Shown: positions 32,734-42,861, counted from the first letter of the stretch. The stretch: DNA of 64,000 nt from Candidatus Poribacteria bacterium (GCA_963665845.2 OY762492.1:3360001-3424000); one strand, 5' to 3'. The notes: a model not told the origin generated them from the letters alone. Program-made: numbers and translations.

Positions 32734-34667
32734 TGCGCTTGCGTTTGCTTTTTTGCGCCGCCGTTTGGATGTTAGCGGGCGTTGTTTCCGCTCAACAGTA
32801 TGCGCCCGCCGCGACCATTTTTAATAAACACAAAAGTTATTCCGGCGGCGCGGCGCTCTCTGAAGACGGAAACATTCTGGCGCTCATAGGGCGGGAGGGG
32901 GTCTGGCTTTATGACGGCGACACCTTTGAGACAATCAAGTTGTTGAGCGTCCCTGAAAATTTAGCCCCGCCCTTTAAAAATATCGCCGCGGCGGCGCTGT
33001 CCCCTGATGGAACGCTGGCTGCCGGCGGCTCCTTTTACGGCGCGGTTCTGATCTGGGATGTTGAATCGGGTCGGCTGCTGCATGCGCTGGGCGGTTCTAC
33101 AGGCAAGGTCGGCGCGGCGGCGTTTTCGATGGACGGCAAGACGCTCGCCGTCTCAGGCGACTCCAATAACAAAATACAGCTCTGGGATCCGCTGAAGGGT
33201 CAACTTAAAAAGACGATCAACGCGGAAATCAGCGGCGAGAAATCGATGGCGTTTTCGCCGGACGGGCGGACGATTGCGAGCGGACGTTGGGACGACTCGA
33301 TACAGCTCTGGGACGCCGAGACGGGCGATTTGAAAAAGACGTTGACTGGACATACCGGCAGGGTTTCTTGCCTCGCCTATTCTCCCGACGGCAAGACGTT
33401 GGCGAGCGGAAGTTGGGACTACACGGCGCGTCTCTGGGACATCGACACGGACAAGCCGCGCTCAACCGTTTTAGAAGGGCATTTGGAGATTGTCGAGTCG
33501 GTCGCTTTTTCTCCAGACGGCACAACCCTCGCCGCCGGCGCCGGCAGAGCGGTACGGCTCTGGGACGCCGAGACTGGACAGCTGAAGAAAACGCTGGTTG
33601 GAACGATGCCGCTTGAAAAGATACGTTTCTCTTTGAACGGCAAAACGCTTGCGGTGGAAGGGCGTTATGAAATACTGCTCTGGAATTTAGAGACCGGGGC
33701 GGAGATTATGCCGCTGGAGGGGCATACGGACGCGGTCGCCTCCATCGCATTTTCTAAAGACGGCGCGCTTGTTTTGACCGGCAGCCATGACAAGACGGTA
33801 CGCCTATGGAGCGCCGAAACGGGAGAGGCGGTCCGAACGCTGGAGGGGCATACAGAGAGAGTCAATTCCGCGGCGTTTTCGCCGGACAGCAAAGCGGTTT
33901 TAAGCGGAAGCCATGACAAGACGGTACGCCTATGGAGCGCCGAAACGGGCGAACTTGTCCGAACTTTAACAGGGCATACGGCGCCGGTATTGTCGGTTGC
34001 GTTCTCTCCTGACGGACGGACAGCGGCAAGCGCAGGGCATGACAAGACGGTGCGGATCTGGAATGTCGAGACGGGCGCGCCGCTTCATACGCTGGGCGGG
34101 CATACGGACTGGGCGACATCTGCCGCGTTCTCGCCGGACGGCAAGACGGTATTGAGCGGCGGGCTTGATATGACGATACGAGTCTGGAACGCGCCGACAG
34201 GCGAATCCATACGCGCCGAGAAACCGTACTTTGAAATTTTCTCGGTCGGCTATTTGCAGGACGGCGGCATGTACGCCTCAGGCGGCTCCCAGATTCTGTT
34301 CATGTATTCGGACGGCAGAAACAGAAACATGCTTGAAAGCCATATGCAAGGCGAAGACCATATGAATAGCGACGCGCTCACAGGAGAATGGGTTCCGATC
34401 GGGATCCCGAACGCGGATTTTTATGAAAACTGGTACCATGCCTTCGCTGTCTCGCCGGACGGCAAAACGGTCGCGGCAGGCGCGCGGGACAGCCTGGTTG
34501 TGTTGATCGATGAAGCGACTCACAAAAATAAAATGTTTTTCGGCGGGTTTTCGGCGCCTATCAAGTCGCTCGCCTATTCGCCGGACGGGCGGCTTCTTGC
34601 CGGCGGCGCCAAAGACGGTTCCGCTATGATTTGGCGGCTGCCGAAGCATGTTCAGGAGGTTGAATAA
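32730..34667 (+). CDS. Secreted WD40-repeat protein, paralogue 2
   Basis: Signal peptide, WD repeats, ends QEVE; overlapping stop/start with neighbours. Confidence 0.92.
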   Translation: MMRLRLLFCAAVWMLAGVVSAQQYAPAATIFNKHKSYSGGAALSEDGNILALIGREGVWLYDGDTFETIKLLSVPENLAPPFKNIAAAALSPDGTLAAGGSFYGAVLIWDVESGRLLHALGGSTGKVGAAAFSMDGKTLAVSGDSNNKIQLWDPLKGQLKKTINAEISGEKSMAFSPDGRTIASGRWDDSIQLWDAETGDLKKTLTGHTGRVSCLAYSPDGKTLASGSWDYTARLWDIDTDKPRSTVLEGHLEIVESVAFSPDGTTLAAGAGRAVRLWDAETGQLKKTLVGTMPLEKIRFSLNGKTLAVEGRYEILLWNLETGAEIMPLEGHTDAVASIAFSKDGALVLTGSHDKTVRLWSAETGEAVRTLEGHTERVNSAAFSPDSKAVLSGSHDKTVRLWSAETGELVRTLTGHTAPVLSVAFSPDGRTAASAGHDKTVRIWNVETGAPLHTLGGHTDWATSAAFSPDGKTVLSGGLDMTIRVWNAPTGESIRAEKPYFEIFSVGYLQDGGMYASGGSQILFMYSDGRNRNMLESHMQGEDHMNSDALTGEWVPIGIPNADFYENWYHAFAVSPDGKTVAAGARDSLVVLIDEATHKNKMFFGGFSAPIKSLAYSPDGRLLAGGAKDGSAMIWRLPKHVQEVE

Positions 34668-36607
34668 TGCGCTTGCGTTTGCTTTTTTGCGCCGCCGTTT
34701 GGATGTTAGCGGGCGTCGTCTCCGCTCAACAGTATGCGCCCGCCGCCGCCATTTTTGATGAACACAAAAGTTATTCCGGCGGGGCGGCGTTCTCTAAAGG
34801 AGGAAACATGCTGGCGCTCATAGGGCGCGAAGGGGTCTGGCTTTATGACGGCGACTCCTTTGAGACAATCAAGATGTTGGAGATTCCTGAAAATTTAGCC
34901 CCGCCCTTTAAAAATATCGTCGCGGCGGCGCTTTCCCCTGATGGAGCTTTGGCTGCCGGCGGCTCCTTTTACGGCGCGGTTCTGATCTGGGATGTTGAAT
35001 CGGGTCGGCTGCTGCATGCGCTGGGCGGTTCTACAGGCAAGGTCGGCGCGGCGGCGTTTTCGATGGACGGCAAGACGCTCGCTGTCTCAGGCGACTCCAA
35101 TAACAAGATACAGCTTTGGGATCCGCTGAAGGGCCAACTTAAAAAGACGATTGACGCGGAAATCAGCGGCGAGAAATCGATGGCGTTTTCGCCGGACGGG
35201 CGGACGATTGCAAGCGGAAGTTGGGACGACTCGATACAGCTCTGGGACGCCGACACGGGCAATTTGAAAAAGACGTTGACTGGACATACCGGCAGGGTTT
35301 CTTGCCTCGCCTATTCTCCTGACGGCAAGACGTTGGCGAGCGGAAGTTGGGACTACACGGCGCGTCTCTGGGACGCCGACACGGGCGAACCGCGCTCAAC
35401 CATTTTGAAGAGTCATATGGAGATTGTCGAGTCGGTCGCTTTTTCTCCAGACGGCAAAACCCTCGCCGCCGGCGCCGGCAGAGCGGTACGGCTCTGGGAC
35501 GCCGAAACTGGACAGCTGAAGAAAACGCTGGTTGGAACGATGCCGCTCGAAAAGATACGTTTCTCTTTGAACGGCAAAACGCTTGCGGTGGAAGGGCGTT
35601 ATGAGATACTGCTCTGGAATTTGGAAACGGGGGCGGAGATTGTACCGCTGGAGGGGCATACCGACGCGGCCGCCTCAATAGCGTTTTCTAAAGACAGCGC
35701 GGCCGTTCTGACCGCCAGCCATGATCAAACGATACGCATATGGAGCGTCGAAACTGGAGAGACGATTCGAACGCTGGAGGGTCATACCGACGCGGTCCAT
35801 TCCGCCGTATTTTCTATAGACGAAAAACATGTGTTGAGCGGCGGGCATGACAAGACGGTACGGCTCTGGAACGCGGAAACAGGAGAGTTGATACGGACGC
35901 TGAAAGGGCATACGGCGCCTGTGTTGTCGGCGGCGCTTTCTCCTGACGGACGAACGGCGGCAAGCGCAGGGCATGACAAGACCGTACGACTCTGGAATGT
36001 CGAGACGGGCGCGCCGCTTCATACGCTTGGAGGGCATACCGATTGGGCGACCTCCGCCGCGTTCTCGCCGGATGGCAAAGCGATTTTGAGCGGCAGCCTT
36101 GACCGCTCCATACGGCTCTGGAATGCGCAGACGGGGGAGCCGATAGAATCGATGCATTCGCATGTGCAAGAGGCGCTTTCGGTCGGCTTTATGCGGAACG
36201 GAAACCTCATCGCGTCGGGCGCCACTCTCATTAACATTAGCAACGCGCGGCGGAATTATTCCTGTCATTGGGTTCAAGGACATATGGCGGGCGAGGACGG
36301 GATGAACAACAACGCGCTTACGGGCGAGCTTTTTCCGTCTGAAATTACGACAGCGGAGCTGTATGAGAAATGGTTTATGGCGGCGGCTGTCTCTCCGGAC
36401 AGCAAAACGGCCGCCACTGGGACGGTGGACGGACTGATTCTGTTCATCGATGTCAAGACGCGCGCTTATCAAACACTCTTGGGCGGGCGGCTGTCGGCTG
36501 TCAAGTCGTTGGCGCATTCTCCTGACGGGCGGCGCCTCGCTGTAGGGTACGAGGACGGTTCCGCTCTGATTTGGCGGCTGCCGACGACTGCCCAGGAGGT
36601 TGAATGA
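34667..36607 (+). CDS. Secreted WD40-repeat protein, paralogue 3
   Basis: Near-identical N-terminal half to paralogue 2; ends QEVE. Confidence 0.92.
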   Translation: MRLRLLFCAAVWMLAGVVSAQQYAPAAAIFDEHKSYSGGAAFSKGGNMLALIGREGVWLYDGDSFETIKMLEIPENLAPPFKNIVAAALSPDGALAAGGSFYGAVLIWDVESGRLLHALGGSTGKVGAAAFSMDGKTLAVSGDSNNKIQLWDPLKGQLKKTIDAEISGEKSMAFSPDGRTIASGSWDDSIQLWDADTGNLKKTLTGHTGRVSCLAYSPDGKTLASGSWDYTARLWDADTGEPRSTILKSHMEIVESVAFSPDGKTLAAGAGRAVRLWDAETGQLKKTLVGTMPLEKIRFSLNGKTLAVEGRYEILLWNLETGAEIVPLEGHTDAAASIAFSKDSAAVLTASHDQTIRIWSVETGETIRTLEGHTDAVHSAVFSIDEKHVLSGGHDKTVRLWNAETGELIRTLKGHTAPVLSAALSPDGRTAASAGHDKTVRLWNVETGAPLHTLGGHTDWATSAAFSPDGKAILSGSLDRSIRLWNAQTGEPIESMHSHVQEALSVGFMRNGNLIASGATLINISNARRNYSCHWVQGHMAGEDGMNNNALTGELFPSEITTAELYEKWFMAAAVSPDSKTAATGTVDGLILFIDVKTRAYQTLLGGRLSAVKSLAHSPDGRRLAVGYEDGSALIWRLPTTAQEVE

Positions 36608-36629
36608 CGGCGCGCCGGCGCGGTTCGGG

Positions 36630-38594
36630 TCATGATTCCGTTTCGGCTTCTTTGGCGGAGTTGCGCCTCATAATAAAAAAGAGGCCCGCCAAAAGAAGCA
36701 GCAAGAGAGCCGCCGCTCCGCCCATCAGCAGCTGCAGACGATTTGCGCTTCCCTGTTTGGCGCTCGGCATCTTCAGCGCCGCCATCAGCTTGGGCGGAAA
36801 CTCAAACACGATAGGGGCGCCGGCGCTGTCAACGATTGTACCGCCGGCGTCGCGGAACGGGATTTTCACAGAGTCGCCCACAACCTGAACCTCCAGCCCG
36901 ATATACTCGACTTCTCGGATGATTTCAAAAAAAAGGCGCCGCAGCTCCTTGGCGCGTTCCTCGCGCGCCGCCTCCCGCTCCGCCAGCTCCACATCCAGTT
37001 TCGTCAGCTCATATACGATCTGGTCCATGAGACTTTCAATGCCTCTATTGGACCGGGACCGCCGCATCTGGGTAGGGGTCAATCCTCTCCGATTGGGGCG
37101 GACGATCGCCCTCTCGACAATATGATGGATTTTGTCCATATGGCTGAATTCAAAATCCACCCACTCCCACGGGAGATCCCACAATGCCTCCGTAAGATCC
37201 TTCGCATATGGGTCGCCGTTGATACTCTTCCTTATCTTGAGCAGCGATTCCAACTCCGATGTGAACTTGTTGCCGCCGCCTCCGCCGCCTCCGCCTGAAG
37301 GATCGTTATAATGAAAATACAGCGTCTGGTGGCGCTCATTGTACCGCGCCATGGAATTGCTGTCCGGCGTCATCTTATGGATTTGGCGCATCTGCTGGAG
37401 ATACAGCTGGCGCAGGATCGGTATGCGCTCATCAACCGGCGTCTTTTCCGCTTCCATCTGTTCATTTCGGAGCAGCAGCTGGGAGCCAACCTCCGAGAAC
37501 AGATTGGAAAGGTTATACGCTATGACAGATTTTGGAGCTTCGGCGACGAGTTCCCGCCCATGTTCAACCAGCGGATGGATCGCCTTTTCCAGATACGCCG
37601 CGAAGTTCAAGGAGGGAGGCGGCGCGGACGGTTTAGCGGAGTCAGGTTGTACGTCCGCATCCAGCCCTAGAATGCGCATCAACGAATACGGATATCTGAA
37701 GGCCATCGGGTCGCCGGCGGCGTCAACCCTCTGCCCGCCGATATTCCGGTCTAAAAAGACAATCCAACCAAGATCCTCATCGTAGTGAACAATCGGCCAT
37801 ATCTCGCCGACCCGCTGAACGGTTTCTAAAAACCGCTCGCGCAGTTTCTGGGAGCGCTCCTCGTCGGTCAGATTCTGTTCGCCCAGCTGAATATCCAGTT
37901 TAGCGAGCTCATAGACGACAGCGTCAACCATGGAGCCGGCGCCGGCTGGAAACTCTAGTTTAAGCGCGACACGGGATGCCGTATCGTCTACCGGCAACTT
38001 CGGCTTTGCGCGGCGCAGATTGAGATAATCATGGTTTGCGAAGGAGAAATCGTTCCATCTGCTGCTCAGCGTCTTCAAAGCGAACAACAGATTCTCCGAA
38101 TATGAATCGTAGCCTTCGATATGATATTGCCCGATATTGAGCAATTCCTGCAGTTTTAAAGAGAGACTGACGGCGCCGCCCCCGCCGGAGTACTCGCCGG
38201 ACGATCGGACATTGTAATGGTAAAATTTCAGCGATTGCATCTGCTCATTGTAGAACGCCGCGGAGGCGCCGTCCGTCTTCATCTCATGGATTTTGCGCAT
38301 CTGCTGGAGATACAGCCGGCGCAGGATCGGGACGCGCTGATAAACCGGCGTATCTTCCTGGCGCAGCCGCGCGTTCTCTTGAAGCAGCTGTTGCCCGACA
38401 TCCGTAAACAGGGCGCTCAAGTCTTTCGCTATGGACGAGTTTGGATCGTCTTCGGCAAGTTCCTCCCCCTCTTTTTTCAGCTCTTCAACGCCCGCTTTCA
38501 GCTCGCGGGTGAAAGAAGCGTCGTCGGCGCGCAGCGGCAGGCATACAAACGCCAGCATAACAAAAACGGCGGTCGTCCAGGCGGTTCGGGTCAT
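36630..38594 (-). CDS. Hypothetical exported protein with duplicated domain and C-terminal membrane anchor
   Basis: Signal peptide; PILRRLYLQQMRKIH vs PILRQLYLQQMRQIH duplication; C-terminal TM followed by RR. Confidence 0.8.
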   Translation of the reverse strand: MTRTAWTTAVFVMLAFVCLPLRADDASFTRELKAGVEELKKEGEELAEDDPNSSIAKDLSALFTDVGQQLLQENARLRQEDTPVYQRVPILRRLYLQQMRKIHEMKTDGASAAFYNEQMQSLKFYHYNVRSSGEYSGGGGAVSLSLKLQELLNIGQYHIEGYDSYSENLLFALKTLSSRWNDFSFANHDYLNLRRAKPKLPVDDTASRVALKLEFPAGAGSMVDAVVYELAKLDIQLGEQNLTDEERSQKLRERFLETVQRVGEIWPIVHYDEDLGWIVFLDRNIGGQRVDAAGDPMAFRYPYSLMRILGLDADVQPDSAKPSAPPPSLNFAAYLEKAIHPLVEHGRELVAEAPKSVIAYNLSNLFSEVGSQLLLRNEQMEAEKTPVDERIPILRQLYLQQMRQIHKMTPDSNSMARYNERHQTLYFHYNDPSGGGGGGGGNKFTSELESLLKIRKSINGDPYAKDLTEALWDLPWEWVDFEFSHMDKIHHIVERAIVRPNRRGLTPTQMRRSRSNRGIESLMDQIVYELTKLDVELAEREAAREERAKELRRLFFEIIREVEYIGLEVQVVGDSVKIPFRDAGGTIVDSAGAPIVFEFPPKLMAALKMPSAKQGSANRLQLLMGGAAALLLLLLAGLFFIMRRNSAKEAETES

Positions 38595-38766
38595 GACGTC
38601 TCCTTACAATCGATGCGGTCAACCTTTGACGCAACGCTGTATAGCAACATTCGTGCCAAGACGCATCCGGCAGCGGAAAATGCGTTGTAATCGACCGCCT
38701 AATGCGCATCAACCCGCTTCAATACAGGCGCGGAGCGTCATACCGCAGCCGACCGCAGCCGAAAAC

Positions 38767-38820
38767 CAAAACGTACCATATGGTTACGTCTCCGCCTCAA
38801 AACGTACCATTTGGTACGTC
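38767..38820. promoter_or_regulatory. Tandem palindromic operator candidate (2 x ACGTACCA-NN-TGGTACGT)
   Basis: 38771-38789 (one extra T) and 38802-38819 (perfect 8-2-8), 31 bp apart, in a divergent intergenic region. Confidence 0.6.
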
Positions 38821-38841
38821 CGCCGCTGAAACAGATCGGCA

Positions 38842-39072
38842 GTACGCTTATACGGGGATATTCGCGCCGCCGCGTCCGATTCCCCCTTGAAAAGGGGGGC
38901 TAGGGGGGTTTAAAGGGCGGGCGCGGCGTCTGCGCCGCCTAAGATTCCCGCTTGCGCGGGAATGACGGCTTGGTTGGCGACGCCTTTTCCCATGAATAAA
39001 GGTTTTGTTGGTTCAGATGTCCCAACTTTAGGCATGAGGTCAGAACCCCCTAGCCCCTTTTCAAGGGGGAAT
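38842..39072. repeat. Composite repeat cluster
   Basis: GTACGCTTATACGG (38842), G-rich palindrome, REP (~38943-38966), TGTCCCAACT...GGTCAG (39018-39043); first ~125 bp closely match 15793-15917. Confidence 0.85.
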
Positions 39073-39188
39073 GAGCCGCGCCCGCGCCGCCCTTCTCGCC
39101 GCCCTTCTCAAGGAGCGGTTGCGGTTTAAACCAAAATAGACGATCATGGCGCCGCTTCAAAATGCGACTCAACCGAAAAGGAGAACGA

Positions 39189-40667
39189 ATGAAAGCGGTC
39201 ATGGTCATGTTCGACTCGCTCAACCGGCATATGCTGCCGCCGTATGGATGCGATTGGACGCATGCGCCCAATTTTCAGCGGCTCGCCGAGCGTTCCGCCG
39301 CGTTTGACCGATCCTACATCTGTTCAATGCCTTGCATGCCCGCCCGGCGCGACCTCCACACCGGGCGCCCCAACTTCCTTCACCGCAGCTGGGGACCGCT
39401 GGAGCCGTTCGACGACTCGGTTCCGCGCATGCTGCGTCAAAACGGCGTCAGCTCCCATCTCATCAGCGACCATTACCATTACTGGGAAGCGGGCGGCGCC
39501 ACCTACCACACCCAGTACAGCACATGGGAATTCTTCCGCGGACAGGAAGGCGATCCGTGGAAAGGGCAGGTTGCCGATCCGCCGAAAGTGGACGCCGCCG
39601 GACGCAACGCCGCCGACAATGTATGGCATCGACAAGACCGCATCAACCGCGAATTCATGCGCAGAGAGCAGGATTTCTCCCAAGCAAAAACTTTTGACGC
39701 CGGCGTCGAATTCATCAACCGAAACGCAAACGAAGACAACTGGTTTCTCCAGATCGAAACCTTCGACCCGCATGAGCCGTTTTACGCCCACCGCTCCTTC
39801 AAAGACCGGTACCCTGAACATTACGCCCACTACGACGGGCCGCTCCACGATTGGCCGCCGTATTCAAAGGTGACCGAAACGCGCGAGCAGGTTGAACATA
39901 TGCGGTATGAGTACGCCTCGCTGCTGACGATGTGCGACTCAAAACTGGGCAATATCCTTGACCTGATGGACGAACACGGCATGTGGGACGACACGATGCT
40001 GGTCGTCTGGACTGACCACGGCTTCCTGCTGGGCGAGCATGATATGTGGGCGAAATGCTGGATGCCGTTTTATGAGGAGGTGGCGCATACGCCGTTCTTT
40101 GTGTGGGACCCGCGCTCCGGCGTTCAAGGCGAACGGCGGCAAAGCCTCGTTCAGCCCTCCATCGACCTCGGTCCGACGCTGCTGGATTTCTTCGACTTAG
40201 AGCCGACCGAGGACATGACCGGCAAGCCGCTGACCGACGTTGTCGCCAAGGATGAGCCGCAGCGCGAAGCGGCCATCTTCGGACAGCACGGGCATCAGGT
40301 GAACTGCGTCGCCGGGCGGTATGCATATATGCGCGGACCCGCCGCCGAAGACAATCAGCCGCTTTACGACTACACGCTCATGCCGACGCGCATGCGGGCG
40401 CATTTTTCGGTGAATGAGCTGCGCGGAAATGTGGAACTCGCCGACCCGTTCTCCTTCACCAAAGGATGCCAGACGATGAAGATACGCAGCGGCGGACGCA
40501 GCGGAATTCATCGATACGGCTCGCTTCTGTTCGATCTGGAAAACGATCCGAAGCAGGAAAACCCGCTGGACGATCCGGCGGTTGAGCGGCGCATGACCGC
40601 GCATATGCAGCGGCTCATGCAGGAGTGCGCGGCGCCCGAAGAGCAGTATGAGCGGCTTGGGCTGTAA
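39189..40667 (+). CDS. Sulfatase (Cys-type formylglycine-dependent)
   Basis: VMFDSLN, CMPARRDLHTG (CxPxR), FDPHEPF, TDHGFLLGEH. Confidence 0.93.
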   Translation: MKAVMVMFDSLNRHMLPPYGCDWTHAPNFQRLAERSAAFDRSYICSMPCMPARRDLHTGRPNFLHRSWGPLEPFDDSVPRMLRQNGVSSHLISDHYHYWEAGGATYHTQYSTWEFFRGQEGDPWKGQVADPPKVDAAGRNAADNVWHRQDRINREFMRREQDFSQAKTFDAGVEFINRNANEDNWFLQIETFDPHEPFYAHRSFKDRYPEHYAHYDGPLHDWPPYSKVTETREQVEHMRYEYASLLTMCDSKLGNILDLMDEHGMWDDTMLVVWTDHGFLLGEHDMWAKCWMPFYEEVAHTPFFVWDPRSGVQGERRQSLVQPSIDLGPTLLDFFDLEPTEDMTGKPLTDVVAKDEPQREAAIFGQHGHQVNCVAGRYAYMRGPAAEDNQPLYDYTLMPTRMRAHFSVNELRGNVELADPFSFTKGCQTMKIRSGGRSGIHRYGSLLFDLENDPKQENPLDDPAVERRMTAHMQRLMQECAAPEEQYERLGL

Positions 40668-40682
40668 AAGCGGAGGCGGACG

Positions 40683-41879
40683 ATGGCGCATCTGAAAATG
40701 CCTGTGATGGCATGGTACGGCGACAAACAGGCGTCGCTGTCGATACCGGACAGCTGGCGGACGGAGAGACGCGTACCGCCGTTCAGCCCGCCGTTGACGC
40801 GGGAGCAGATGCGCGCCGCGCTTCAAAATCCGATCGCGACGCCCGACCTGCGCGAAATGGCGCGGCTGAAGTCGGCGCGTTCCGCCGCGGTGGTGGTGGA
40901 GGACATGACCCGCCCGACGCCTGCGCGTCTCTTCATACCGCTTCTGCTGGAGGAGCTGCGCGCCGCCGGTTTGGGGGAAGACGCGGTTCGGTTCGTCTTC
41001 GCCTTAGGTTGCCACCGCCAGGCGCCGCGCGCCGAGATGGTCAAAAAGCTGGGGCATAATGTCGTCGGACGGTATGAGACGCTGAACCATGACCTGACCG
41101 GCAAATTCCGCGATTTAGGCGTCTCCGAACGCGGCGTCCCGATACGCATCAGCGAGGCGGTCATGTCAGCCGACCTGAAGATACTGATCGGAACCGCCTA
41201 TCCGAGAGGCGGCACCGGCTACGGCGGCGGCGCCAAATGCCTTGCGCCTGGAGTCGCCTCATTTGAAACGATCAAGGCGTACCATGGGCTGCGCGGCGGA
41301 GAGCATCTGCAAACGGACAGCGACATGCGCCAGGAGATTGAACAGATCGCGCGGACCGCCGATATCGATTTTATCGTGAACGCCGTTTTGAACGGGAAAC
41401 GGCAGATCATCGGTCTCTTTGCGGGCGATGTCGTCCGGGCGCACCGAGCGGCGGCAAGATGCGTCAACAAAACGGCGCTGACGCCCATGGCGGAGGAGGC
41501 GGATGTTGTCATTTCAAACGCCTACCCGTTCGACACCAACCTGCGCTACACATGGCGCGGAACATGGGCGTTTGAGGCGCATCCGAACGCGCTGCATATT
41601 CTGGTCGACTATTCGCCGGAGGGGTCGGGTTACCATCAGCTGTATAAGGCGGGGGGCGTTCCGTTTGCGCCGCCGCCGAGCGGGGAGCCGTCGTTTCATC
41701 TGTATTCGCCGCTGGTCGGCGCGCGGGAGGTGAACGAAGTCTTGGCGAATGTTCAGCATCATGCGTCTTGGGAGAGCGTCCTTCAGCTTGTCCAAGAGAA
41801 GAAGGGGGAGACGCCCAGAATCGCGTTTTATCCGTATGCGGGCGTTAGTTGGCGGGCGGATTTCGGATTCCCTCCTTGA
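40683..41879 (+). CDS. Lactate racemase (LarA)-superfamily protein
   Basis: EDMTRPTP, ALGCHR, LNHD, GYGGGAK, DFIVNAVLN, GLFAGD. Confidence 0.8.
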   Translation: MAHLKMPVMAWYGDKQASLSIPDSWRTERRVPPFSPPLTREQMRAALQNPIATPDLREMARLKSARSAAVVVEDMTRPTPARLFIPLLLEELRAAGLGEDAVRFVFALGCHRQAPRAEMVKKLGHNVVGRYETLNHDLTGKFRDLGVSERGVPIRISEAVMSADLKILIGTAYPRGGTGYGGGAKCLAPGVASFETIKAYHGLRGGEHLQTDSDMRQEIEQIARTADIDFIVNAVLNGKRQIIGLFAGDVVRAHRAAARCVNKTALTPMAEEADVVISNAYPFDTNLRYTWRGTWAFEAHPNALHILVDYSPEGSGYHQLYKAGGVPFAPPPSGEPSFHLYSPLVGAREVNEVLANVQHHASWESVLQLVQEKKGETPRIAFYPYAGVSWRADFGFPP

Positions 41880-41976
41880 GAAGGGGCCGCGTCCGATTCC
41901 CCCTTGAAAGGGAGCTAGGGGGGTTTAAAGGACGGACGCTTGGGGTTAAAAAATGAAGTTCATCGCATAAGCGCGC
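41865..41976. repeat. Repeat cluster between convergent genes
   Basis: GATTCCCCCTTGAAAGGGAGCTAGGGGGG; ~41933-41976 is a reverse-oriented relative of 4836-4878. Confidence 0.7.
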
Positions 41977-42006
41977 CGGTCCTGAAATAGCGCGGCAAAC
42001 CGCGTT

Positions 42007-42861
42007 TTAGGTTAAATGGAAGAGCCGCTCTAGGGCGAGGGCGGCTCCGTCCTCGTCGTTTCCGCCTGTGACGAAGTCGGCGGCGCGGCGCACTTTTTCT
42101 GGCGCGTTTGCCATGGCGGCGCCGCATCCGCAGGCGCGCAGCAGATCTATGTCGTTCAGGTTGTCGCCGACCGCCGCCGTCTCTTTGAGCGTGAAGCCGT
42201 TCGACGCCGCATAGGTCTGCGCCGCAAACGCTTTGGAGGCGTCCGCATGGAGCGCTTCTAAAAACCAGTGGGATCCGTCGTAGAGTCCGCCGGAGGTCAT
42301 CAGCCGGACGCCGGGAAGGCGAAACCCGGACGCAAGCGCCGCCTCCACCTTCTCTCTCGGTTCAATGGCGACCGCTTGAAGCGGAATCCAGCCCGCCCGC
42401 TCCGACAACGGCGCCTCGTCCGCGCGCGCCTCCTCCGCATTCGCGTCTAAATAACGGGCGAATACATCGTTTGGAGAAACGCCGCGCCAGCGCAGCTCCG
42501 CCGTTCCGTTGGAAACGCCGTATGCGAACGGGTCGCAGTCCCAGGCGGCGAAAGCGTCTCGCAGCGTCTCCAGCGCGCCGCTCGGCAGCGGCTTCATGAA
42601 CAGAATTTTGCCCGTCTGTCCGTCGGCGGCGGCGGCTCCGTTGTGCGCAATGAGCGCATAGGGTCCTTTGAAGGCGGACATCGCGCGGCGCGCCGCCGTC
42701 AGGTTGCGCCCCGTCGCAATGAGCAGCTGTACGCCGCGGTCGGTCAGGCGGTTCAAGACGCGCAGGGTACGCTCGGAGAGACGCTTCTCGGTCGTCAGCA
42801 GCGTGCCGTCTAAGTCGAGCGCCGCCGCTTTAAACCGTCTCATCTTTTTCGCCGCCTTCAT
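42007..42861 (-). CDS. Cof-type HAD-IIB hydrolase
   Basis: LDLDGTLL, IATGR, AVGDNLNDIDL, AMANA, NDEDG. Confidence 0.93.
   Translation of the reverse strand: MKAAKKMRRFKAAALDLDGTLLTTEKRLSERTLRVLNRLTDRGVQLLIATGRNLTAARRAMSAFKGPYALIAHNGAAAADGQTGKILFMKPLPSGALETLRDAFAAWDCDPFAYGVSNGTAELRWRGVSPNDVFARYLDANAEEARADEAPLSERAGWIPLQAVAIEPREKVEAALASGFRLPGVRLMTSGGLYDGSHWFLEALHADASKAFAAQTYAASNGFTLKETAAVGDNLNDIDLLRACGCGAAMANAPEKVRRAADFVTGGNDEDGAALALERLFHLT

Noticed and set aside
32730-36607. Diversity-generating retroelement acting on the WD40 paralogues
   Set aside because: Differences are not adenine-specific, both copies are full coding genes, and there is no reverse transcriptase in the window
38841-38870. 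Chromosomal dif site
   Set aside because: Only a weak XerC-like arm, no TTATGTTAAAT-like XerD arm, and several copies occur in the window
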